Part shown: in pieces, positions 37,825-45,799 of the stretch
Position numbering within the stretch: the stretch's first letter is position 1
How the letters are laid out: each line of letters begins with the position of its first letter
Assembly (NCBI GenBank): GCA_036641735.1
Contig: JAVWEG010000001.1
Location: 4,287 to 68,286, forward strand
DNA from: Oscillospiraceae bacterium
GTDB lineage: Bacteria; Bacillota; Clostridia; Oscillospirales; Ruminococcaceae
Reading direction: 5' to 3'
Length of the DNA: 64,000 nt
Notes under the pieces: model-generated
The model's input: only the letters and a program-made list of their open reading frames with translations
The model's database searches: none
What the model was told of the DNA's origin: nothing
Program-made: the position numbers and the translations under genes

Positions 37825-37853
37825 ATGTTATATTATTTTGACGCTTTTGTCAA
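37825..37853 (-). promoter_or_regulatory. Candidate sigma-A promoter of oppBCDF, with a palindrome over the -35 element
   Basis: On the minus strand TTGACA - 17 nt - TAACAT. The -35 element is part of the palindrome TTGAC-GCTTTT-GTCAA (37838-37853). Confidence 0.5.
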
Positions 37854-38091
37854 TCGCGATATATGGATTTATGTTGTTTTTATGTTAATTATGTTGCTAA
37901 TTAGCGAAAGGAAAGCAAAATAATTTTACAAGTGTCCGTGTATTGCGCACATTAAACGATTTGTCGATTTATAGCGCAAACGAAACATTTTAATGCGCGA
38001 AATAAAGCAAACAACTGGATATTTTACAATTTTAAGTATATAATGTTAGCATATTACTATAAAAAATTTAAAAAAATAGGGGAGTTTTGAT

Positions 38092-39531
38092 ATGAATAAG
38101 CGCTTAATTGTAAAAACAATAAGTCTTGGAATATCTTGCATAATGCTTGCCTCTTGTGCGCTTGGCACTAAGCTGCCAAAATTGAGTGCGGATAAGCCCA
38201 TAACGCTAACCTTGTGGCATTATTATAACGGCAAACAAAAAACCGCGTTTGATGAGCAGGTAACCGAATTTAACGAGACAGTGGGTACGAAAAAAGGTAT
38301 AGTAGTACAAGCTTTTGGGCAGGGGAATATAGGCGATTTAACAAATAAGGTGATGGATGCGGCGCAAAAAAAGGTAGGGGCAGGCGAAATACCCAATATT
38401 TTTGCCGCTTATACCGATACGGCGTTTGCGATAGATAAGCTGGGGCTTGCGGCAAGCCTTGACGAATATCTTATTAACCTTGAGAGAGATGAATACATAG
38501 AAGAATATTTGAGCGAAGGGCGCTTTGGCGCGGACGGCAGCCTCAAAATATTTCCCATTGCCAAAAGTGTAGAGCTTATGATGATAAACAAAACCGATTG
38601 GGATAAATTTGCTGTTGCCACGGGTGCAGATGTAAAAAAGCTTGCCACTATAGAGGGTGTAACGCAAACGGCAGAGCAGTATTACAATTGGACAGATTCA
38701 CAAACGCAGCAGCCAAATGACGGTAAAGCATTTTTTGGCAGAGATGCAATGGCAAATTATATGCTTATCGGCGCAAAGCAAATGGGCGTGGATGTTTTTA
38801 GCGTAAGTGACGATAAAGCGCGATTAAACACAGATAAAGCCGTAATTAAAAGGTTGTGGGATAATTACTATATTCCTTTTGTAAAGGGATATTTCACCGC
38901 CAATAATCGGTTTAGAACAGATGATATAAAGACAGGCAATATCATTGCGCTTGTCGGCTCATCAAGCGGCACCACATATTTTCCCGACAAAGTAAATATT
39001 TCAGATACCGAGAGCTATCCGATAGAGCGCTTGATATTAGAAGCGCCGATATTTGAGGGAGGAGAAAAATATGCGGTGCAGCAGGGTGCAGGAATGGTGG
39101 TTACTCGTTCCACTCCGCAGGCGGAATATGCATCGACAATATTTTTAAAATGGCTTACAGAAGAACAGCGCAATATCAAGTTTGCTGTAGACAGTGCATA
39201 TTTGCCCGTAAAAAAATCGTCGTGCGATATAAACAAGATAACGCAGGCGCTCATTGAAACACAAAACGATACGATAGATTCATTTGAAAAAGCCCTAAAC
39301 ACCGTAAAAAATTATAAGCTGTATACAAGCAAGCCGTTTAACGGGGGATTAGAGGCACGAGCTATTCTTGAAAAATCTATGGCGAGCGCCGCTGCAACGG
39401 ACCGCGCGGCAGTGCTTGAGGCTATGGCAAGCGGTGCTACGCGAGATGAAGCATTGGCAAAGTATCTTACAGAGTCAAGATATGACGATTGGTATATAGA
39501 ATTTGATGTGGCGCTAAATAGCATAGCTTAA
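38092..39531 (+). CDS. Extracellular solute-binding lipoprotein (ABC family-1 type) with no cognate permease or ATPase genes nearby
   Basis: Lipobox MLASCALG and LTLWHYYNG...FNET... typical of SBP_bac_1-type binding proteins. The next gene is a signalling protein, not a permease. Confidence 0.8.
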   Translation: MNKRLIVKTISLGISCIMLASCALGTKLPKLSADKPITLTLWHYYNGKQKTAFDEQVTEFNETVGTKKGIVVQAFGQGNIGDLTNKVMDAAQKKVGAGEIPNIFAAYTDTAFAIDKLGLAASLDEYLINLERDEYIEEYLSEGRFGADGSLKIFPIAKSVELMMINKTDWDKFAVATGADVKKLATIEGVTQTAEQYYNWTDSQTQQPNDGKAFFGRDAMANYMLIGAKQMGVDVFSVSDDKARLNTDKAVIKRLWDNYYIPFVKGYFTANNRFRTDDIKTGNIIALVGSSSGTTYFPDKVNISDTESYPIERLILEAPIFEGGEKYAVQQGAGMVVTRSTPQAEYASTIFLKWLTEEQRNIKFAVDSAYLPVKKSSCDINKITQALIETQNDTIDSFEKALNTVKNYKLYTSKPFNGGLEARAILEKSMASAAATDRAAVLEAMASGATRDEALAKYLTESRYDDWYIEFDVALNSIA

Positions 39532-39581
39532 TAAAAATACAAGGCATATTGTAAATATTTTACAATCGGAGGATACTATGA

Positions 39582-42545
39582 ATGCAGTTTAATATGAAAA
39601 AACATTCGATGCTGTATAAAATATTGTGGCCTGTAATGTTATTGGTTGTGGTACAAAGTGCATTATTTGCAGCGGCTATGCTGTGGGGCGGTACTTTAGC
39701 GCAAATGAAAGAAAATGCACTGGATATTTTAAATGAGCGCGTACTAAGCCGTAAAAATAATTTAGAAAATGATTTACTGCATTTTAGTAATCTGCAAGAA
39801 ACGCAAAACATTATAACAAAAAAGATAGACACTTTGCTTTTATTAGAGGGTAAAAGCTATACAGATTGCGTGGCAGGCAGTGAGCTTGCCACAAAAGTAA
39901 TAGACAATGTGGCAGACGATATAGTTTATTTGCTTCGGAAAAACTCTGTAACAGGTGCATATATTATTTTGAGCGGCAATGATTTACAAGCGCCGAAGGA
40001 TAATGGCAGCGCAGAAAAAAGCGGATTTTATGTGCGCGATATGGATCCCTTGTCCACACCAAACGACAAATCTGATTTGCTTTTAGAGCGCGCACCCACT
40101 AAAGTAGCACAAAGGGTGGGCATCACTACCGACATTTATTGGTCGCCGTTATTTGATTTGACGAAAAATGATGATTATTATTTTAAGCCTCTGCAAGCGG
40201 CTGTAGCCTATACTGAATTAACAAGTGAAAACTTAGGATTTTGGAGCGGCAATATGCAGCTTCACCCCGACGATATTTCTGTTATTACATATTCTGTGCC
40301 GCTAAGAGCAGAGAACGGTAAAATTTTTGGCGTTTTGGGCATAGATATTACCGTGGACTATATGCAAAAGCTTATGCCATACAGCGAGCTTAGCCGCCAA
40401 AATTTAAGCTCATATGTAATAGCCATAGACAAAGAAGCAGGCATCGATAAAATGAGCTTTGCACCATATGCAGCAAGCGGCTCTATGTATAAGCGCGCAT
40501 TTGAAAATATGGAAAGTATCGATTTTAAACAAGAGGCATTATATCGCAATATATATGAAACGAAATCATCAAACAACGAAAAAGTACTTGCAAGCGTACA
40601 AAAATTTAATCTTTATAATAGCAACACACCCTTTGCAGGTGATGAATGGGCATTGATAGGTATGGAATCGCAAAAAGATTTGTACGCGTTTTCTGCCGAT
40701 ATGTCTGCTACTATAGTAATGCTTTTTATAGTGTCGATTGTAATGGGAATACTTGGGGCAGGATTTATTGCCGTTAGCGTAACAAAGCCAGTTACTACGT
40801 TGGCGATGAAGGTGCGCACGAGTGATCCGCATTTGCCTGTAAATTTGCCCAGTATAAAGGTAGAGGAGATAGACCAGCTTTCGGGCGCTATCGTGCAGAT
40901 GAGCCAAGATATAGCACGCACCTCTTCGCGCATTTCCTCTATTATAGAGCTGTCGGGTATTCCTGTAGGTGTGTTTGAGTATACAGAAGGTGAAAAGTAT
41001 GTTCACTGCTCTGCAATGTTTTATACTCTTACGGGGCTGTCACCGTGTGGAAGCGGCATAGCATATGATGATTTTACGGACTTTTTAGATGATTTATATA
41101 ATAAATCCGAGCTTCCGCACACAAGAGAATTATATGTTAGCCGCATTACTTTATATGGAAAAGTGCGATATTTACGAGTGCGCATAAAGCGTAGCGCAAG
41201 CGAGCGCCTCGGAGTAATAATGGACGTGACTCAAGAGATGAGCGAAAAGCGTAAAATAGAATATGAACGCGACAATGATTTGCTCACAAGCCTATTAAAT
41301 AGGCGCGCATTTGCAAAGTTTGCAAACGAAATTTTCAATGATAAGCAGGCACTTAAAAATGCGGCATTGCTTATGATGGATCTTGATAATCTGAAATTTG
41401 TAAATGATACTTACGGACACGATTGCGGAGATGAATATATTCGCTGCGCCGCCAATGTTTTGCGAGGGCTTAATAACGACAAGGTGATGTCTGCGCGTAT
41501 GTCGGGCGATGAGTTTCAAGTGCTGTTTTATAGGTTTGATTCCAAAGAAGAAATAACACTTCTGATAGAAGAAATCCGCAAACAAATGTTTGCCACAGAG
41601 ATGATATTGCCGGACGGAAAAAGCTATAAGGTGCGCGCTTCGGCAGGTGTGGCTTGGTACCCGAATGATGCAGATAACCTTGAAGCGCTGACACAATATG
41701 CGGATTTTGCAATGTATGAAGTGAAAAACAGCGTAAAAGGCAGTATAAAAAGCTTTGATGCGGAAATTTATCGCAGAGATTCGTTTTTGCTAAAAGGCAG
41801 AGAAGAGCTAAACCGTCTTGTAGAGGAGGAGCTTGTAGATTACGCATTTCAGCCGATTGTTGACGTAAAAAGCGGCGAAGTTTTTGCATATGAAGCGCTT
41901 ATGCGCCCGAAAATAAAGTCCCTCAATGGGCCGCTCGAGGTAATTCGTTTGGCGCACGCGCAGTCTAAGCTGTATCAGATAGAAAAGCTTACTTGGTTTT
42001 GTGCGCTCGAAGCGGTGCGCAAAAGAGAAGATCTGTTTTGCAATTGCAAGGTGTTTGTTAATTCTATTTCCAATCAATTGTTAAACGAAGAGGATTTAGC
42101 ATTGTTTGTTGAAAAATATGGAGATTTATTCCCGTCGATAATAGTGGAGCTTACCGAGGGCGAATATGCCGAAAAAGAATACACCAAAAATAAGTTAACT
42201 CTGCTGCGGAATATGAATTTGCCAATTGCACTCGATGATTTCGGCTCGGGATATAACAGTGATATGGCGATTTTAGACCTGAAACCCGATTATATTAAAA
42301 TAGATATGGGAATAGTGCGCGGAATAGATAAAGACTTAAAGCGGCAAGAAATTTTTTGCAATATCGCATCATTTTCCAAACAAAACGATATTAAGATAAT
42401 CGCCGAGGGAGTGGAAACGCAAGGCGAAATGCGTGTGATTGTGGAAAACGGAGCAGATTATATTCAAGGATATTATTTTGGCAAGCCAAGCTTAGAGCCG
42501 CAAAAGGCAGATGAAAAAGCAGTGCAAACATTATTGAGCCTATAA
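39582..42545 (+). CDS. Membrane sensor protein: extracytoplasmic domain - TM - HAMP-like - PAS-like - degenerate GGDEF (SGDEF) - EAL
   Basis: Two TM helices bracket an outside domain of about 340 aa. The GGDEF domain carries RMSGDEF and has no RxxD I-site. The EAL domain has the full motif set (YEALMRP, VELTEGE, DDFGSGYN, IKIDMGIVR, IAEGVETQ, QGYYFGKP). Confidence 0.9.
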   Translation: MQFNMKKHSMLYKILWPVMLLVVVQSALFAAAMLWGGTLAQMKENALDILNERVLSRKNNLENDLLHFSNLQETQNIITKKIDTLLLLEGKSYTDCVAGSELATKVIDNVADDIVYLLRKNSVTGAYIILSGNDLQAPKDNGSAEKSGFYVRDMDPLSTPNDKSDLLLERAPTKVAQRVGITTDIYWSPLFDLTKNDDYYFKPLQAAVAYTELTSENLGFWSGNMQLHPDDISVITYSVPLRAENGKIFGVLGIDITVDYMQKLMPYSELSRQNLSSYVIAIDKEAGIDKMSFAPYAASGSMYKRAFENMESIDFKQEALYRNIYETKSSNNEKVLASVQKFNLYNSNTPFAGDEWALIGMESQKDLYAFSADMSATIVMLFIVSIVMGILGAGFIAVSVTKPVTTLAMKVRTSDPHLPVNLPSIKVEEIDQLSGAIVQMSQDIARTSSRISSIIELSGIPVGVFEYTEGEKYVHCSAMFYTLTGLSPCGSGIAYDDFTDFLDDLYNKSELPHTRELYVSRITLYGKVRYLRVRIKRSASERLGVIMDVTQEMSEKRKIEYERDNDLLTSLLNRRAFAKFANEIFNDKQALKNAALLMMDLDNLKFVNDTYGHDCGDEYIRCAANVLRGLNNDKVMSARMSGDEFQVLFYRFDSKEEITLLIEEIRKQMFATEMILPDGKSYKVRASAGVAWYPNDADNLEALTQYADFAMYEVKNSVKGSIKSFDAEIYRRDSFLLKGREELNRLVEEELVDYAFQPIVDVKSGEVFAYEALMRPKIKSLNGPLEVIRLAHAQSKLYQIEKLTWFCALEAVRKREDLFCNCKVFVNSISNQLLNEEDLALFVEKYGDLFPSIIVELTEGEYAEKEYTKNKLTLLRNMNLPIALDDFGSGYNSDMAILDLKPDYIKIDMGIVRGIDKDLKRQEIFCNIASFSKQNDIKIIAEGVETQGEMRVIVENGADYIQGYYFGKPSLEPQKADEKAVQTLLSL

Positions 42546-42554
42546 TTAAAAAAG

Positions 42555-42595
42555 TGCCGCTTACTAAACATTTTGGTTTAGTAGGCGGCATTTTC
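42555..42595. terminator. Bidirectional terminator between the GGDEF-EAL gene and the DHHW gene
   Basis: 15-bp stem TGCCGCTTACTAAAC / GTTTAGTAGGCGGCA with one G-U pair and T/A runs on both sides. Confidence 0.7.
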
Positions 42596-42599
42596 AAGT

Positions 42600-43535
42600 T
42601 TATCTTAAAATCGCGCTGCTTTTTACAATATTTGTGCTGTAAATAAACAGCACGTCTTGCCCGGTAAAGCTTATCATTTCCTTTAGCAAGGGGCTTGCCA
42701 TATATCTTAAATCGATTAAAGTTACTTTGCAGTATTCATCTAATAGTAAAGGTGCAAGCGAGCTTGCAAACGAATCTCTGAATACGACAAGCTCTTTTAA
42801 AGAGCGCGCAAGCGGGCTTTTGATAGTGACAAGCGGTGTAGCTCCGCTAAGAAATACATCGTACGGTAAAGCGCTGTCGAGCTTTGCTATATCATATACG
42901 CTCGTAAAAGCAGGATTTTGGTAATTATCCACCGTAGATGCATCTATAGCCTTATCGGTAAGATATACAAGCGTTTCCAAAGGCGGCTTACCTTTAATAT
43001 GCTTAGAATACGAGCCGACGAAATTATCCTTCGTCATTTGCGTATATTCATTTTTTACAGGGGAAGCGCCCATATTTCGAAGCAAAATATCCGCTATAGG
43101 CACAAGCTTTTCCTGCCGCCAATGTCCGTCTGTTTTATAATAATCGTCGATACTTAAAAACGGATATAAATCGATGATATTAAAATCCGATAAGGATTTA
43201 TCAAGGCTTGCTTTTAGCTTAGGATAATCGGCTGTTTCATATCCGCTTAAATAAAAGGTTTTGTCGGGAATAAGAGCGAAATACACTTTACTGTCAGCGA
43301 GATAATCGGATTTTACCGCGTTTAACTTTTTGGCAAAGAGGGCAACGGATTTGTCGGTAAATTCACCGATAGCTTGTGCAGTGTAGCTGTTTACGGTATA
43401 AAATCCGTCTTTATCGGGCTTTTTTGTTATCGCTCTGTAAATACCGTCAATCGTGCCGCTGAATAAAAGCGCGCTAAACACGACAGCAGCCACAGCAATT
43501 GATGCAGATACAATAATCAGCTTTTTATGTTGCAT
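42600..43535 (-). CDS. DHHW-family protein (AlgX/SGNH-like, putative polysaccharide O-acylation accessory)
   Basis: N-terminal TM anchor, the FYLSGYETADYP...YYKTDGHW motif (the DHHW position reads DGHW) and the usual size of about 310 aa. Confidence 0.6.
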   Translation of the reverse strand: MQHKKLIIVSASIAVAAVVFSALLFSGTIDGIYRAITKKPDKDGFYTVNSYTAQAIGEFTDKSVALFAKKLNAVKSDYLADSKVYFALIPDKTFYLSGYETADYPKLKASLDKSLSDFNIIDLYPFLSIDDYYKTDGHWRQEKLVPIADILLRNMGASPVKNEYTQMTKDNFVGSYSKHIKGKPPLETLVYLTDKAIDASTVDNYQNPAFTSVYDIAKLDSALPYDVFLSGATPLVTIKSPLARSLKELVVFRDSFASSLAPLLLDEYCKVTLIDLRYMASPLLKEMISFTGQDVLFIYSTNIVKSSAILR

Positions 43536-43539
43536 AAAT

Positions 43540-44013
43540 TTACAGCTTGTTAAAGTTTGCTTCTATCTCTGCCGCGGCATCTGCATAAGTCATTATCAAT
43601 ACCACAAGGTCGCCTTTTGTTGCCACTATTTTCTTTTCTGCTTCTACGCATATCCATTTGCGAGGATCGGCTTTTTCTTCAATGGTTTTGGCAAGCGCAG
43701 CGGCTTCGTCGGCACTATTTGCGCGCACAAGGCAAACGGAGTGTGCCACAGCGTTAATCATAGCATCAGAGGCAAGAGCTTCTTTATATTCGCTTTTGGC
43801 TACGCCAAGAAACATTTCGGAATTTTCTTCTGTTATTTCCATATCCATAGTTTTTGGCAATTCTGCTTTTACACCGTCATATAATTTTACCATTATTTCC
43901 GGTAATGTTCCTGCTACATTGGCAGAAGCATCACTTGTTGCCTTCTTATCACCGCAGCCTGCAAACAGGCACAGTGCCAATACAATACTCATTATCATTG
44001 CTGTTTTTTTCAT
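43540..44013 (-). CDS. DUF4358-like lipoprotein
   Basis: Lipobox LFAGCGD, about 155 aa. It lies 4 nt upstream of the DHHW gene, and I recall the DUF4358/DHHW pairing as common in Clostridia. I call ATG 44013 as the start because the GTG at 44022 is part of the AAAGGTGA Shine-Dalgarno site. Confidence 0.5.
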   Translation of the reverse strand: MKKTAMIMSIVLALCLFAGCGDKKATSDASANVAGTLPEIMVKLYDGVKAELPKTMDMEITEENSEMFLGVAKSEYKEALASDAMINAVAHSVCLVRANSADEAAALAKTIEEKADPRKWICVEAEKKIVATKGDLVVLIMTYADAAAEIEANFNKL

Positions 44014-44128
44014 TTTTATCACCTTTCTTTTATACGTTTATATTAGTATATCCAACGTAGTCTTTAAAAGTATAACATATAGCATTTATATTTGTCTATG
44101 TAAAAATATTTTCTGTACGATAATACTA

Positions 44129-44157
44129 TTGCCAAGACGTGTTTTACGCTGTATAAT
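44129..44157 (+). promoter_or_regulatory. Candidate sigma-A promoter of the 44246 lipoprotein gene
   Basis: TTGCCA - 17 nt - TATAAT. It leaves a 5' UTR of about 85 nt with two short hairpins (CCGCA-N7-TGCGG and CGTGT-N6-ACACG). Confidence 0.5.
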
Positions 44158-44245
44158 TTATACTAGTTTGTTTTTTCCGCACATTATTTGCGGATAATTA
44201 AAATAAAAACCGCGTGTTAATAGTACACGAGGAAAGAGGAATAAT

Positions 44246-45286
44246 ATGAAAAAGGCAATGTCAATTGTTTTATCGGCGGTGTTAGCACTGTCAATGGTGG
44301 GCTGTACGGTAAAGTCTCCTGCTACTGTACTTACCGTGGAGGGTATAGAAATACCTGCCGGTATATATCTTTATTATCAATCCAATGCCGCAAATATTGC
44401 TGCTACTAAGGTAGAAGATAAATCCAAGGATATTTACAAGCAGGAAATAGAAGGTAAATCTGCTGAGGAATGGATACACGAGCAAACGATTAGCTTAATA
44501 AAGAGCTATATTTATATGGATAAAGTGTTTGCCGAAAAAAAGCTTGAGCTAAGCGAAGACGATAAGAAGGGCATTGACGACCAAGTAAACAACGCTTGGG
44601 AGCAAGGCGAAAAAATGTTTGTAGCTAATGGCATAGGCAAAGAAACATTGCGCACTGTGGCACAGCAAGGAGTAGTGCAAAGCCGTATTTACAGCGAAGT
44701 TTTCGTAAAAGACAGCGCAAATGCCGTGGAAGATGCAGCCGCAAAAGAATATATGAATAAAACTTATTCTCATATCGTAGGGCTTACCTTACCTACAATA
44801 GATAAAAGCTATCAAGCACTTGCGGACGATAAGGTAAAAGAAATAAAAGCTATCGGTGATGCAGTGCTTGCGGATATCAAGGGCGGCAAAAAGCTAGATG
44901 AAGCCTCTGCAAAAGCAGCGCTTAACAAGGTGTTTGCCATTACAGGACACGAGATGTCAGACGAGCTGTTCTCTTCGTTTTTCACTACAGAGTATCTGCG
45001 CAGTGAATCTACCAATATGCCTAAAGAAACACTCGATGTGTTGCTTGCGGCAAAGGTAGGAGACAGCGGAGTACAAGAAGTAGGCTCAATGCCTTATGTA
45101 TGGTCTAAAATTGAAAACTTCGAGACTGCGGAAGAGTTTGATATGTATAAGCTGTCTATTGCCAATGAAATTCAGGCAGCCGCGTTCGAGGACTCTATAA
45201 AAGAAGCTACCGCGTCATACGAAGTAATTGAAGACGCGTCGGCAGTAAAAACATATTCACCTAAAAAAATAAAGCAAGTAAAATAA
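44246..45286 (+). CDS. Lipoprotein resembling the N-terminal chaperone domain of PrsA/SurA; no PPIase domain recognised
   Basis: Lipobox SMVGCTV. Helical and Lys/Glu-rich, with a pattern similar to SurA_N-type foldase lipoproteins. The functional call is tentative. Confidence 0.4.
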   Translation: MKKAMSIVLSAVLALSMVGCTVKSPATVLTVEGIEIPAGIYLYYQSNAANIAATKVEDKSKDIYKQEIEGKSAEEWIHEQTISLIKSYIYMDKVFAEKKLELSEDDKKGIDDQVNNAWEQGEKMFVANGIGKETLRTVAQQGVVQSRIYSEVFVKDSANAVEDAAAKEYMNKTYSHIVGLTLPTIDKSYQALADDKVKEIKAIGDAVLADIKGGKKLDEASAKAALNKVFAITGHEMSDELFSSFFTTEYLRSESTNMPKETLDVLLAAKVGDSGVQEVGSMPYVWSKIENFETAEEFDMYKLSIANEIQAAAFEDSIKEATASYEVIEDASAVKTYSPKKIKQVK

Positions 45287-45300
45287 CGGAGTAAACATAA

Positions 45301-45750
45301 ATGTCATTTGAAATACGCAGAGCAGTAGAAACAGATATCCCCGATATACTCACGCTTATTCGTGCCATTGCCGAGTATGAAAAGATGAGCGATGAAGTAG
45401 TGGCTACAGAAAAAAGCCTGCACAAGGCAATGTTTGAAGAAAATATTGCGCATTGCCTTATGGCTATAGAGGACGGAAAAGCGGTAGGCTACGCTCTGTA
45501 TTTTTACAATTTTTCTACTTTTGTTGGCAAAAAAGGTCTTTATTTAGAGGATTTGTATTTGTATCCCGAGATGCGTAAAAAAGGATATGGCAAATTACTT
45601 TTTAATGAGCTTTTAGCTATCGCCAAAAGTGAAGATTGTACACGTATGGAATGGTGCTGCCTTAATTGGAACACGCAAAGCCAAGAATTTTATAAATCGC
45701 TCGGCGCTGTGCCGATGGACGAGTGGACTACTTGGAGATTAATTAATTAA
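45301..45750 (+). CDS. GNAT family N-acetyltransferase (diamine/SSAT-like)
   Basis: AcCoA motif LYLEDLYLYPEMRKKGYGKLLF and the IRRA...D...I..LI...A.YE start typical of spermidine/diamine acetyltransferase-like GNATs. Confidence 0.8.
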   Translation: MSFEIRRAVETDIPDILTLIRAIAEYEKMSDEVVATEKSLHKAMFEENIAHCLMAIEDGKAVGYALYFYNFSTFVGKKGLYLEDLYLYPEMRKKGYGKLLFNELLAIAKSEDCTRMEWCCLNWNTQSQEFYKSLGAVPMDEWTTWRLIN

Positions 45751-45754
45751 ACAA

Positions 45755-45799
45755 AATCAGCCGTGCAAGCTTAATTTTGCTTACACGGCTGATTGTTTT
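45755..45799. terminator. Bidirectional terminator between the GNAT gene and clpB
   Basis: 16-bp stem AATCAGCCGTGCAAGC / GCTTACACGGCTGATT with one mismatch, followed by GTTTTTT. Confidence 0.7.

Noticed and set aside
37945-37998. Imperfect inverted repeat GCGCACATTAAA ... TTTTAATGCGC between the opp promoter and the binding-protein gene.
   Set aside because: The stem is bulged and AT-rich with a ~31-nt loop. It is followed by no T run and its position is not clearly related to either promoter. The evidence is insufficient to call a regulatory element.
43658-44197. 179-aa plus-strand ORF overlapping the DUF4358 gene and its promoter region.
   Set aside because: It is antisense to a lipoprotein gene that has a good Shine-Dalgarno site and lipobox. 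Its translation is low-complexity and it lacks a ribosome-binding site.
44158-44245. Possible c-di-GMP (GEMM) or other riboswitch in the ~85-nt leader of the lipoprotein gene, given the many c-di-GMP enzymes nearby.
   Set aside because: Only two 5-bp hairpins are present, and I found no GEMM-I/II conserved core (for example the ACGCAAA-type tetraloop-receptor context).
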